This document shows, in pieces, positions 47,881 through 57,430 of a stretch of DNA of 64,000 bases; within the stretch, counting starts at the first letter, position 1; every line of letters starts with the position of its first letter. The position numbers and the translations under genes were made by a program. The notes under the pieces are model-generated. The model was given only the letters and a program-made list of their open reading frames with translations. It was not told the origin of the DNA and made no database searches. The stretch covers positions 48,367 to 112,366 of IMG/VR virus record IMGVR_UViG_3300043411_001114, one strand, 5' to 3'. Source of the DNA: a virus.

Positions 47881-50061
47881 ATGACCAAAACCGTATTGGT
47901 TAACAACTTCGATCCCATCGGTCAGTTCAAGTCTGGAATCTCCTCCGGCACGCCCTGGGATTCGATTGTTGATTTCGCCACCAGCAAATCATTCTGCGGT
48001 AAGAGGCTCTATCCCCGGCAGATGACCCTGCTCAAGCTGATCTACCTCGAAACCGAGTCGATGACCGACTACGACATGGAGGTCATCGGTCAGTGGGCCG
48101 AGGGGTTCAAGAACGTCAATCACCCGACCGGTGTCCAGCCCGACATCTGGGACCGGATCGACTACCTCAAGGCCAACGGCTTCACCCATTTCCCGCACGT
48201 CCAGATGGTGATGGGCCGCCGCGCCTCCAAAGGCATCATCGGCAGTATTCTGGCCACCGAACGGATCGCCTGGCTCTACTCGCTCGGTTCCTGGCAGCAG
48301 CATTTCAACCAGGTTCCCGGTCAGGTCGCCGAGATCACCGTCGTCGCCAACAGCCTGACCCAGGCCGTGACCCGGCAGTTTCGGGATATTCGCAACGCCG
48401 TGTTCGCCTGCGAGTATCTGAGGCCACACATAGTCGGCGATAAACAAACCGAATTTTATATCCGCACCCCGGGCGATGAGCAGACCATTATCGAGAACAA
48501 CCTGGCCGGAATCACCTCCGACCGGGAGATCGCCACCATCTACTGCAAGGCCTCCAGTTCGGTCTCCACCAGCGGTCGTGGCGGCACAGGGCTTTTCAAC
48601 GCCTACGACGAGTTTGCCCACATGCTGGCCGGTACCGGCTCCACCAAGACCGGCGAGGAAATCTACGACGCCTTCCAGCCCTCGCTCGACCAGTTCGGTC
48701 ATCACGCCATGACCTACTGTGCCTCTTCGCCCTTCTCGAAAATCGGCAAATTTTATGATCTGTACCAGCAGGGCCGGATCACCACGGATTCCTACAACCT
48801 GCGCGAGGGGAAGCTGAAGACCACCAGCTTCATTGAGGAGGCCCAGTCCCAGGACATCGACCTCGACCCCGACGAGATCAGCGCCGCCGTCGCCGAGCCG
48901 ACCTTCCTGGTCGTCCAGTTGCCCAGCTGGGACACCTACCGCGACTGGGAGCGGTCGCGTGAGATTCCGATACTTCCCGGCCGCACCCGAACCTTCCCCC
49001 GCTGGAACTCCCCGGTGCAGTACGAGCCGAAAGAGGACGGCACCCCTGACGAGCGGGTGCAGTACCGCCGGATGCGTCGCAACCCCGACAAGTTCAAGGT
49101 CGAGCGGGGCGGCCAGTTCGCCACTGTTCAGGACGCCTACCTCAATGAGGTGATGGTCGACCGGATGTTCGAGCCGCCCGACTGGCGTCCTCCGCTGGAA
49201 ATCCAGCATCAGGGCAAGCTGTCGCTGTCCTATCGTGCCCACGCCGACCCGTCACGCACCAACGCGAATTTCGGATTCTGCATCGCCCACCTCGAACAGG
49301 CACCGCCCGACGAGCACGGCATCTCCTGGCCGCACGTCATCATCGACGTCCTGCACGTCTGGAAGCCCGAGGACTTCAAAGACCACACCATCGACTATGT
49401 CCAGGTCGGTGAGGAACTCGACGACTACCTGCGCCGCTTCCCCTCGACCACCAAGATGACCTACGACCAGTTCAACTCGGCGGGCCTGATCGCCCACCAG
49501 AAGCGGGCCTTCCCCAATATCCGGGTTCTGGAGAAAACTTTCACCCTCAAGGAAAACCAGGATCGCTGCGAGCGCTTCAAGAGCGCCCTCAATCTCGGCT
49601 GGTTGCACGCGCCCCGAGACACCCTCGCCGATGAGGGACAGTCGCTGCTCGAACTGGAATTGAAGTTCCTTCAGGAGAAGAACGGCCGGGTAGACAAGCA
49701 GGACATCGGCCCGATCCAGACCAAAGACCTCGCCGACGCGGCGATGGTCGTGGTCACCGACCTCCTGCACGACAGCCTGGACAAGTGGTGGACCGCCATC
49801 AACCGCACCTCGGTCGGCTCGACCGACTCGGTAGGCCTGCGCTCCGGCCGCGAACTCGACAGGATCAGCGCCTACAGCGCCCCCGGTACGGGCGACCCGA
49901 TGCAGCGCTACTTGGCCGAGGAGGCCAACCGCTATGAGCGCAAGACGATCCGCGCCGAGCGGAACAGGACCGTGATCGGGGCCAACAAGCTGGAGCGCGC
50001 CCGCCGCAAGTCGGGTCATGTTCCGACCTATAGTAACTCTAGAACCAGAGGGTTCCGGTAG
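47881..50061 (+). CDS. Terminase large subunit
   Basis: LYPRQ, MGRRASKG (Walker A), YDEFAH (Walker B), SSP; RNase H-like HADPS...YDQFN...KDLADA. Confidence 0.85.
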   Translation: MTKTVLVNNFDPIGQFKSGISSGTPWDSIVDFATSKSFCGKRLYPRQMTLLKLIYLETESMTDYDMEVIGQWAEGFKNVNHPTGVQPDIWDRIDYLKANGFTHFPHVQMVMGRRASKGIIGSILATERIAWLYSLGSWQQHFNQVPGQVAEITVVANSLTQAVTRQFRDIRNAVFACEYLRPHIVGDKQTEFYIRTPGDEQTIIENNLAGITSDREIATIYCKASSSVSTSGRGGTGLFNAYDEFAHMLAGTGSTKTGEEIYDAFQPSLDQFGHHAMTYCASSPFSKIGKFYDLYQQGRITTDSYNLREGKLKTTSFIEEAQSQDIDLDPDEISAAVAEPTFLVVQLPSWDTYRDWERSREIPILPGRTRTFPRWNSPVQYEPKEDGTPDERVQYRRMRRNPDKFKVERGGQFATVQDAYLNEVMVDRMFEPPDWRPPLEIQHQGKLSLSYRAHADPSRTNANFGFCIAHLEQAPPDEHGISWPHVIIDVLHVWKPEDFKDHTIDYVQVGEELDDYLRRFPSTTKMTYDQFNSAGLIAHQKRAFPNIRVLEKTFTLKENQDRCERFKSALNLGWLHAPRDTLADEGQSLLELELKFLQEKNGRVDKQDIGPIQTKDLADAAMVVVTDLLHDSLDKWWTAINRTSVGSTDSVGLRSGRELDRISAYSAPGTGDPMQRYLAEEANRYERKTIRAERNRTVIGANKLERARRKSGHVPTYSNSRTRGFR

Positions 50062-50215
50062 CTATTCGGGTGCATAAACGCATCTCCGCATGTGTTACAA
50101 TTCTTGTCATGAACCCGAACTCTCCACCCACCTGGATCACCACCATGACCCTCTCCCTGTGCTCGGCCTCGATCGTCTTGGGACTCGGCTCGATCTTCAT
50201 CTGGGCGCTGAACCG

Positions 50216-50509
50216 GTGAGCAACAACAACGACCCCGGCCGCGAGGCCCGTAAGGATCGCCAGTTCCACAGCGCCCGAGACTTCGAGATGGCCTCCTCCC
50301 AGATCGGTGACGTCGATCCGCTCGACGACGAGGTGAAGGCGAAAATCCAGAAACTCATCGCCGCCAACGCCGCCGGTGACACCCATGAGGATAAGGTCGC
50401 CGACGTCACCATGCTGATGCGCATGCTCGGTGTCCATCCCGATGACGTCTACGACTCGTCGGTGATGACCACCTCGCTGTCCCACCCGGCGATGGGGTCG
50501 CTGCGATGA
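50216..50509 (+). CDS. Hypothetical protein (preceded by a leaderless 36-aa TM ORF at 50109-50219)
   Basis: TG-TACAAT at 50096; GTGA/ATGA overlaps. Confidence 0.55.
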   Translation: MSNNNDPGREARKDRQFHSARDFEMASSQIGDVDPLDDEVKAKIQKLIAANAAGDTHEDKVADVTMLMRMLGVHPDDVYDSSVMTTSLSHPAMGSLR

Positions 50510-50766
50510 ACCCCTCCCTCCAGGTCCTCGCCCACGACTCGGTCTCCCATGTCGTCGAATCCGATGCGGGACTCTTCCTGATCGCGATCCTGATCCTCCT
50601 GATGGGCATCTTCGTCGGCCACCGGTGGGCCACCGAGTCGCGCAGGCTTGACGACTACATCGCCCACATCGAGGACGAGGCCCCTGACCCGGACCTGATC
50701 CCCTGGCAGCGCCACAACACCACCCACAGCCCCCACAGCGAGACGAACGGCAGGGAGGGCTGGTGA
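50506..50766 (+). CDS. Small membrane protein
   Basis: One TM segment; overlapping start and stop. Confidence 0.6.
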   Translation: MNPSLQVLAHDSVSHVVESDAGLFLIAILILLMGIFVGHRWATESRRLDDYIAHIEDEAPDPDLIPWQRHNTTHSPHSETNGREGW

Positions 50767-50957
50767 CCTACCACTACGACACCGACGACGAACTCCTGGC
50801 CTTGTACCAGGAGGATGCGGCGAAGCTGGCGATCCACCGCAGCCTATTGGCGTCGGGTTTCACCAACCCCAACCCCCACCTCTGGGTCGCGGTCAACACC
50901 CTGGTATCCCAGTTGTCCCGCCACGGCTACACGATCGGCCTCAAGGAGAAGAAATGA
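50763..50957 (+). CDS. Hypothetical protein
   Basis: GGAGG RBS; overlaps on both sides. Confidence 0.6.
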   Translation: MTYHYDTDDELLALYQEDAAKLAIHRSLLASGFTNPNPHLWVAVNTLVSQLSRHGYTIGLKEKK

Positions 50958-51352
50958 CCGACACCACCAACGCCACCACCACCGACCTCTCGCTACGCGC
51001 CCGGGTCGCCGAACTGGAGTCCCGCATCGAGTTCCTCACCACCATCTCCTCGGAACTGGTGGACATCCTGTCTGTCATCGTCGCCGGGAGCGCACCATCC
51101 CCGCTCCATGACAGTCTGCTCTTACTGCTGCCCCAGGAGGCCAGTGAAGTGCAGCACTGCCACCCGCAGAGTGATGGTGAAAATATCTCCCAGTCGCCAC
51201 TGAAGGTCACGGTCTCGGTCACCCCTCCCGACGTCACAATCCACTCCGAGCCGGGTGCCGGACACGAACCTCAGCAACAGGTCTACATTCCGTCTACCAC
51301 CGTAGACACCGACCCCCACCCGCACCTGAGCCTGGTGAGGAACCCGCAGTAG
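50954..51352 (+). CDS. Hypothetical protein
   Basis: AAGGAG RBS. Confidence 0.6.
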   Translation: MTDTTNATTTDLSLRARVAELESRIEFLTTISSELVDILSVIVAGSAPSPLHDSLLLLLPQEASEVQHCHPQSDGENISQSPLKVTVSVTPPDVTIHSEPGAGHEPQQQVYIPSTTVDTDPHPHLSLVRNPQ

Positions 51353-51444
51353 CCTCTCGTTTATCACCTTACAGTCTCCTGTGCAGGCACTACAGGCTCT
51401 GACTACAGCATTACTACAGATCGACTATCGTTTTTTGCAATAGA

Positions 51445-51514
51445 ACTATAGGCATCTGTGCTACAATTACAGGACACCACCCACCACCCACCACCACCTC
51501 AAGGAGCCACCACC
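51445..51514 (+). promoter_or_regulatory. Repeat promoter plus ACC leader
   Basis: gtgcTACAATtacaggacaccacccaccacccaccaccacctcAAGGAGccaccaccATG. Confidence 0.75.
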
Positions 51515-51856
51515 ATGACGAACACCACCATTGCCGCCCGCGAGGAAATCCGGGCCGTGGCCAAGTCCCACGGCTGGGAGTCCAGCAAGTCCGGCCTGTG
51601 GCACGACACCTTCCTGCGCCCCGCCGAGTTGGGGGCCGACAGCGTCCTGGCTGGATTTTTCGTCGCCTCCGGGCACTCCCCGCTGGATAAGGTATTTGTC
51701 GGCTACGACTACCTGGGCCGGGTCATCGACGCCAGCTGGGCCACCCCGGGCCAGCAATCGGCCCTCCTCGGCTACCACGTCGGCTCCACCGACATCACCG
51801 GCACCGGCAAGCGCGCCCAGGTGCTCCAACTGCTCACCGAAGGGCTGCCCTCATGA
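51515..51856 (+). CDS. Hypothetical protein
   Basis: Follows the repeat leader and RBS. Confidence 0.7.
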   Translation: MTNTTIAAREEIRAVAKSHGWESSKSGLWHDTFLRPAELGADSVLAGFFVASGHSPLDKVFVGYDYLGRVIDASWATPGQQSALLGYHVGSTDITGTGKRAQVLQLLTEGLPS

Positions 51857-52068
51857 CGAACACCGACGAACTCGACGTCACCTCCTGGGAGGCCGAGGAT
51901 GCGGCCCGCAGGGTTGAGCGCTACCAGACCGACATGCTGATCGCCAAACTGCGCCACGCGGCCGCCCTGCTCTCCGAAATCAACGACGAGTACGAGGGCC
52001 TGAGGTTCAACTGGAACCCCTACGGCCTGTCTTCCGAGGCCGACTACCTGGAGAGTAGAAACAAGTGA
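51853..52068 (+). CDS. Hypothetical protein
   Basis: ATGA overlap. Confidence 0.6.
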   Translation: MTNTDELDVTSWEAEDAARRVERYQTDMLIAKLRHAAALLSEINDEYEGLRFNWNPYGLSSEADYLESRNK

Positions 52069-52547
52069 CCGAACTGAACCTCAACCTTCTCAAGAAGGTG
52101 CTCGACAAGATCGTCAGTGACCCGGACGACCACAACCAGAGCCAATGGATGGTCGTCACCGGCCCGATAGAACCCACCAGAGAGGTTCGATCCACCGATG
52201 GGGTTCTGGCCGGTGTGGAGCTGTCGTGTCCCACGACGGCCTGTGTGGCCGGTTGGGCCTGCGCGCTCGCGGGTGATGTCCCGTTTATCGCCTGGTGGGA
52301 GCTGAACCGAATTGGGTGTGAGGAAGAGCTTCCCTGGGGGATATGTGGGTGTGAGGAAGGACTCCCCTACATCGAGCAGGTCGTCACCCCCGAGGGTGAG
52401 GTTCACTACATCAAGAACCGGGCGGCGGCCCTTCTCGGTCTGGACTGCGATGTTGCGTACGACCTGTTCGACGCCTGCAACACCCGGGGCTACGTCACCA
52501 ACCGGCTGAGCGAACTGATCAAAGAGGCCGAAAGAAAACTTCTCTAA
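52065..52547 (+). CDS. Hypothetical protein (C.T.AC.AGWA motif)
   Basis: GTGA overlap; HNQ..W and CPTTACVAGWA motifs. Confidence 0.7.
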   Translation: MTELNLNLLKKVLDKIVSDPDDHNQSQWMVVTGPIEPTREVRSTDGVLAGVELSCPTTACVAGWACALAGDVPFIAWWELNRIGCEEELPWGICGCEEGLPYIEQVVTPEGEVHYIKNRAAALLGLDCDVAYDLFDACNTRGYVTNRLSELIKEAERKLL

Positions 52548-52586
52548 GTGTATTCAGGTCACCTAAAGCCATGCTACAATTAAGGC

Positions 52587-53492
52587 ATGACGAACACCAC
52601 AGCCACCGCCACCTTCACCCGCGAGCAGGCGAAGGCCGCCGACAAGGAACTCTACGACGCCATGCTGGTCGTCGCCGACAAGGCGGCCCGCATCGAACGC
52701 GCCCTCAACAACATCCACTACGCCGCCGGTGACTCCTACCGTCGCCGGTACGACAGCCGGTCGGGCTGGAAGATGACCGACGCCGAGGCCATCGCCCAGG
52801 TTGCTAAGATCGCCGCCGGGATCACCTACTCGGCCGACGAGGCCCAGAATGACCTCGACCGCCTGACCGCCGCCGGGGCCGAGCTGGATCAGGCCCGCGA
52901 CGCCAAGGAGATGGCCGACAAGTGGGCCGACAACGGCCGCTGGAACCGCTACGCGGTCGTCCCCGGTGGACACATCCACACCAACGATGGCTGCTTCACC
53001 TTGAGGTGGAACACCGACGTGCGGTGGGCCTACCAGATCTCCGGTGATTCGGTCGCCGACGCCATCGACGCCTACGGCGAGGCGCTGTGCAGCCACTGCT
53101 ACCCCGAGGCCTCGGTCGCGCAGACCCTGGGCAAGGTCGCCACCGACCCCAACGGTCACCCGATCACCCGCGCCGAGGCCCAGGCCGCGCTGGCCGCCAA
53201 GGAGGCCGAAAAGGCCGCCAAGGAGGCCGCGAAGAACGCGGCTGCGGTGATCGACCCCGAGACCGGCAAGGTGCTCTTCAAGACCGAGCGGGGCGCGACC
53301 AACGCCATCGCCAGCGAGTTGTCCGACGCCCTGCACTACGGGCCGACCCACCCGGACTTCAGCCGGTGGATCGCCTACATCGACCGGATCGTGGCCGCCC
53401 TGGCCGCCAAGTGGAACCGCCCGGCCGCCGAGGTCAAGGCCGAACTGCAGGCCAAGGCTGAGAAGAAGGCCAAGAAGACCCTGGCCTCCTGA
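52587..53492 (+). CDS. Hypothetical protein, leaderless, with HIH..C / LC..C.P metal-binding motif
   Basis: ATG 6 nt after TACAAT (52575-52580); very high GC3. Confidence 0.8.
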   Translation: MTNTTATATFTREQAKAADKELYDAMLVVADKAARIERALNNIHYAAGDSYRRRYDSRSGWKMTDAEAIAQVAKIAAGITYSADEAQNDLDRLTAAGAELDQARDAKEMADKWADNGRWNRYAVVPGGHIHTNDGCFTLRWNTDVRWAYQISGDSVADAIDAYGEALCSHCYPEASVAQTLGKVATDPNGHPITRAEAQAALAAKEAEKAAKEAAKNAAAVIDPETGKVLFKTERGATNAIASELSDALHYGPTHPDFSRWIAYIDRIVAALAAKWNRPAAEVKAELQAKAEKKAKKTLAS

Positions 53493-53501
53493 GGCCGGTG
53501 G

Positions 53502-53540
53502 GCCACCCCGGTCAAAAAAAACGGCCGGGGTGGTTCTCTT
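53502..53540 (+). terminator. Terminator-like hairpin
   Basis: gccaccccggtc / ggccggggtggt stem then tctctt. Confidence 0.55.
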
Positions 53541-53544
53541 CACC

Positions 53545-53604
53545 CCTACAGTCATGCTACAATTAATGGACACCGCCACCCACCACCCCAAAGGAGTCAC
53601 CACC
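53545..53604 (+). promoter_or_regulatory. Repeat promoter plus ACC leader
   Basis: cCTACAGtcatgcTACAATtaatggacaccgccacccaccaccccaAAGGAG. Confidence 0.75.
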
Positions 53605-54009
53605 ATGACAAACACCACCACCACCACCAAAGACATCGCCATCCAGAGCATCATCGACTCCATCGAGCGCGACATGACCCGCAGCCGCACCAAGATCGCC
53701 CGCTTCCTGGAAGGGGTGGCCGAGGCCACCGTAGGCCGGGCCTCGACGGCCGCCGAGAACCTGATCCGGGCTGAGTACGCCCTCGCTGAGGCGCGTTATG
53801 TCCGGGACTGCATCGAGGACTTCGGAAAAGACGGTGACGGGATGGCCGAGACCCTCCTGCGTGCGATGCACTACATCGCCCTGCGGCAGGGTGATGCGGC
53901 CATGAACATGGGCAACGAGTCCAAGCCCGCCATCGAGGGCAGGATCGCCGCGCTGCGTCAGGCCGCCCTGGCGGTAAGCCAGGCATTCGAGGACAGTAAG
54001 AAGAAGTGA
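53605..54009 (+). CDS. Hypothetical protein
   Basis: Follows the repeat leader and RBS. Confidence 0.7.
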   Translation: MTNTTTTTKDIAIQSIIDSIERDMTRSRTKIARFLEGVAEATVGRASTAAENLIRAEYALAEARYVRDCIEDFGKDGDGMAETLLRAMHYIALRQGDAAMNMGNESKPAIEGRIAALRQAALAVSQAFEDSKKK

Positions 54010-54026
54010 AATCGGCCAGATTCACT

Positions 54027-54080
54027 CTGTAGCCATGCTACAATTAAAGGACACCACCACCTAGCCCCCAGGAGGCCAGC
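54027..54080 (+). promoter_or_regulatory. Repeat promoter with perfect palindrome TGTAGC-cat-GCTACA plus ACC leader
   Basis: Palindrome 54028-54042 overlaps TACAAT 54039-54044; AGGAGG RBS. Confidence 0.8.
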
Positions 54081-54383
54081 ATGACCACCACCACCACCCT
54101 CGTCACCGACCTGGCCTGGAACTCCCGCGCCTGCAAGAATGGCAATACTCGTCGCCGGGGTGCCCTGGAAGGCACCCTGCTCGGGGTGCCGGTCAATGGC
54201 CGCACCATCGGCAAGGGGGTGGCCTTCCAGTTCGGTCTGATCACTGGCGAGGTTCGCACCGCCTGGTGGGACGGCACGTTGTACTACGGCTCGCCGTGCC
54301 TGTTCGACATCGACACTCACGAGCCGCTGTCGTTCAGCCCCGAGGCGTTCGTGTGGTTCGACCTGCTGTCCAACGTCAGCTAG
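54081..54383 (+). CDS. Hypothetical protein
   Basis: Follows the repeat leader and RBS. Confidence 0.7.
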   Translation: MTTTTTLVTDLAWNSRACKNGNTRRRGALEGTLLGVPVNGRTIGKGVAFQFGLITGEVRTAWWDGTLYYGSPCLFDIDTHEPLSFSPEAFVWFDLLSNVS

Positions 54384-54405
54384 TACCAGGGCTTGCGTTT
54401 CACCC

Positions 54406-54464
54406 CTGTAGCTATGCTACAATTAAAGAACACCACCACCCACCACCGAAAGGACACCACCACC
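54406..54464 (+). promoter_or_regulatory. Repeat promoter with perfect palindrome TGTAGC-tat-GCTACA plus ACC leader
   Basis: Palindrome 54407-54421 overlaps TACAAT 54418-54423. Confidence 0.8.
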
Positions 54465-54878
54465 ATGAGCGTCACCTTCGATGCCGGAACCTCTTCCTGG
54501 AACGAGACCTTCCAGGCCAACGTGCTCTCCTCGACCTCGCCCGAGGAGATCGGGGTCAACATGAGCAACACCAACGCCCACCGGGTCGCCCAGACCCTCG
54601 GGATCGACCTCGACCCCGACTGGTGCGGTCACATGGCGGCCGAGGACTTCCTGGGCCGTGTTCTGGTGGCGCTGGCCATCAGCCCCGCCGATGAGGGGAT
54701 GCCCTCGCACACCCTGCAACCCGGCGACGACGCCGGTGTTTTCGGCACCGTCCGCGAGGGCGGGCCGACCATCGTCGCGGGCGCTCGCCGCCCCGGCTAC
54801 CTGCAGGAGCGGCTTACCGAACTGCACGAGCTGGCGCTGTGGGCGGTCGCCAACGACGCGGTGGTGATGTGGGGGTAA
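54465..54878 (+). CDS. Hypothetical protein
   Basis: Follows the repeat leader. Confidence 0.7.
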   Translation: MSVTFDAGTSSWNETFQANVLSSTSPEEIGVNMSNTNAHRVAQTLGIDLDPDWCGHMAAEDFLGRVLVALAISPADEGMPSHTLQPGDDAGVFGTVREGGPTIVAGARRPGYLQERLTELHELALWAVANDAVVMWG

Positions 54879-54893
54879 AACCCCGCTCTGCCG

Positions 54894-54959
54894 CTATAGC
54901 CGTGCTACAATTGGGCCTCGACTAGCCTTCCCACCACCCACTACCAAGGAGCCACCACC
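54894..54959 (+). promoter_or_regulatory. Repeat promoter plus ACC leader
   Basis: cTATAGCcgtGCTACAAT...cccaccacccactaccAAGGAG. Confidence 0.7.
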
Positions 54960-55148
54960 ATGAGTTACGTCTACGGGCCTCGCGTTTACTACGGCCCAAT
55001 CACCGACCCGGCCGACGAGCCGGAGGTCTACTGCGAGTGCGGTAGGTCGGTCTGGGGCTGCCCGGGCAACTGCTACCAGATGAGCCTTCTGCAGTTGGTC
55101 GACCCGGTCACCGGGGAGCGCCCGCTCCCGATGAGTGACCACCAGTGA
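54960..55148 (+). CDS. Small Cys-rich hypothetical protein
   Basis: AAGGAG RBS; CEC...C...C. Confidence 0.6.
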   Translation: MSYVYGPRVYYGPITDPADEPEVYCECGRSVWGCPGNCYQMSLLQLVDPVTGERPLPMSDHQ

Positions 55149-55218
55149 CTCTGGCGATACCCTATCGTCGCCAGCAGGAAAGCGAAGAACCAACCAACCA
55201 GGAAGTGAGTATCACACA

Positions 55219-56205
55219 GTGAAGATCGCAGAGATGGAAACCGTAGACGAGGTGGACCCCACCTTCGTCACCCAGTTCTTGACCGGTGGCATGACTTTCA
55301 CGACCAAGAAGATCATGCGCGGCTGGCTCACCCCTGAACTGGCCGAGCAGCTGCTCAAGCGCAACCCCCACAATCGGACGATGCAGCCCAACTGGGTCAC
55401 CCTGCTGGCCCGCCAGATGTCCGCAGGCCGCTGGCAGGAGAACGGGGAGACCATCATCGTCGGCAAGTCCGGCAATCTCCTCGACGGCCAGCACAGGCTC
55501 CAGGCTGTGATCCAGTCGGGTGTCTCGATCATGGCCATCATCGTCTTCGGGGTCGACGATGATGAGGCGATGGTGATGGCCTCGATCAACCAGTGCAAGG
55601 TCCGCACCGTCACCGACATCCTCAAGCTGTCCGGACACCAGGTCTCGCTCACCGCCAAGGCCGCCTCGAACCTGCTGGCCAGCCTCACCGAGGGCGACCA
55701 CCTGCGCAAGACCCGGCCCGAGCAGGCCGAGTTCCTCCTCAACCACGTCGAGGAACTCGAACCCTGGGTCGACTGGGCCGACGGCATCAACAAGGCGTCG
55801 CCCCTGATCGAGCGCAAGATGCGCAGAAGCCGGTCGATCAGCGCCTCGACCCTGACCGTCCTCAGCGTCCACATGGAGCGCCGGAAGACCGACATCGACG
55901 GCTGGTCGGAGTTCATCGAGGGTTGCGTCGGCGAACTGCCGGTGTCCCGGCTGCGTCAGCTCTCCGACAACCGGGCCGACCTCCTGCACCGCATGCACAA
56001 GCGCCTGCACGGCGGGATCGGCCTGGAGTCGGCCAGCGGTGGGGTGCACATGCCCAAGATGTTGGCCGAGATGGCGTTCTACGTCCGGGTCTACAACCTG
56101 TACGCCATCGACAAGAAGCCCAACGGTCGGCTGCGGATCTACAACTCCGACCTGGGCTACCGTTTCCTGACCGAGCTTCCTGCGGTCGAGGAGCGGTTCC
56201 TGTGA
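55219..56205 (+). CDS. ParB/DGQHR-like domain protein (start uncertain)
   Basis: LTPELAEQLL.RN..NR, M..GRW..NGE.I and LLDGQHRL.A. Confidence 0.7.
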   Translation: MKIAEMETVDEVDPTFVTQFLTGGMTFTTKKIMRGWLTPELAEQLLKRNPHNRTMQPNWVTLLARQMSAGRWQENGETIIVGKSGNLLDGQHRLQAVIQSGVSIMAIIVFGVDDDEAMVMASINQCKVRTVTDILKLSGHQVSLTAKAASNLLASLTEGDHLRKTRPEQAEFLLNHVEELEPWVDWADGINKASPLIERKMRRSRSISASTLTVLSVHMERRKTDIDGWSEFIEGCVGELPVSRLRQLSDNRADLLHRMHKRLHGGIGLESASGGVHMPKMLAEMAFYVRVYNLYAIDKKPNGRLRIYNSDLGYRFLTELPAVEERFL

Positions 56206-56477
56206 CCGGCATCCGGGTGCGGCTGCTGGCCCTGGGGGCCTCGGTACTGGTGGCTGGCGGCCTCGCTGCGGGAGTTTTCTCGCCCGAGGCTGCCGCTCTA
56301 CCCGGCCAGTGCATGAACACCCCGTGGGGAGGTTTCTGCGACTCCTACGGGTGGGCTGACGGCAGCTTCTCGCACTGCGAGGGCGCGTTCGGATTCTCGA
56401 ATTGCTTCAGGGCCTGCCATGACCCGGTTATCAACCGGGCCGTCCCTACGGACTTAGACCCCAGGACTCCCTGCTGA
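56202..56477 (+). CDS. Small secreted Cys-rich protein
   Basis: Signal-peptide-like N-terminus; GGFCD...DGSF.HC with six Cys. Confidence 0.65.
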   Translation: MTGIRVRLLALGASVLVAGGLAAGVFSPEAAALPGQCMNTPWGGFCDSYGWADGSFSHCEGAFGFSNCFRACHDPVINRAVPTDLDPRTPC

Positions 56478-56875
56478 TGATCGCCACCAACATCAAGACA
56501 TTGACCCTGTCCGACTTCGCGTCCCTGCCCCCAGCCTGGCCGGAGCAACTGGACGACGGTGGGGTACTCATCGCTCGTATCCACCCGGATGGCAATCGGG
56601 CCGAAGGGGATGAGCATGTGCTGGCCCGGGCTTTGGTGTTCGACCCTGAGGCGCTCGGCGAGCACTCCTGTCTTCGCAGGCTGACCATCCGGACAACCAA
56701 TCTGGTCCCGGTGGTGCCGGACGGGATGGACGCCCCGGCCAGTCTCTCCGAGGCCGAGCGTGAGCACTGGAACGAGCATCGCGAGTTCAACTGGAAGATG
56801 GCCCTGGAGTACCCGAAGGCCTATGTCCGCACCCTGCACGCGGTCATGAATCTGCCGGTGATCCGGCTCAAGTAA
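56477..56875 (+). CDS. Hypothetical protein
   Basis: TGATG overlap. Confidence 0.65.
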   Translation: MIATNIKTLTLSDFASLPPAWPEQLDDGGVLIARIHPDGNRAEGDEHVLARALVFDPEALGEHSCLRRLTIRTTNLVPVVPDGMDAPASLSEAEREHWNEHREFNWKMALEYPKAYVRTLHAVMNLPVIRLK

Positions 56876-57020
56876 AAAGCCACGGGGGTGGGGCGTCAAA
56901 GTGAGTGCTTTATCCGGCTTCCTCTCGCCAAGCCTGGTTCATGATCCCTCTTACCTCTGTTCAGGGAGAGACCAGTGCTGCGCCCCACCCCCTCCGCACC
57001 ATCCCAACGAGAGACGAGAG

Positions 57021-57401
57021 ATGAGAAACCAGCGCCCCCTGACCGTCGACGAGAAGGCCGAACTAGAAGCCCTCAACGAGGCGGTGACCAACGCCATCGA
57101 GACCCGCCGCAGGTGGCTCGATGAGAAGATGGTCGAGACCTCCGTCCTGCAGGTGGGGGACGGAATCTACGACCTCGACACCGGCTCCCGGGTCGGGACC
57201 GTCACCCGGCTGTACCGGGTGAACGCCAAGAATCACAACGGCATCTACGACACCTCGGTCTCGTGCTACTACGAGTACGAGAAGGCCCCGCGCAGCTTCG
57301 ACAACACCTCGCGCCAGACCGGCCGCCGCCTCGGCCCCAAGCCTGCCCTGGTGGAGCGGCTGCTCAACACCTTTATCACCAGCCTGGTCGACGACCGCTG
57401 A
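57021..57401 (+). CDS. Hypothetical protein
   Basis: ATG 57021; phage-like codon usage. Confidence 0.6.
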   Translation: MRNQRPLTVDEKAELEALNEAVTNAIETRRRWLDEKMVETSVLQVGDGIYDLDTGSRVGTVTRLYRVNAKNHNGIYDTSVSCYYEYEKAPRSFDNTSRQTGRRLGPKPALVERLLNTFITSLVDDR

Positions 57402-57430
57402 GGAATCTTGCGTTTCGAGTTGTAACCCAC

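Noticed and set aside
17584-50019. Long minus-strand ORFs (e.g. 17584-19233, 19017-20888, 24782-26827, 34655-36430, 41400-43172, 47989-49242)
   Set aside because: These are antisense shadows of high-GC3 plus-strand genes and carry no recognisable motifs.
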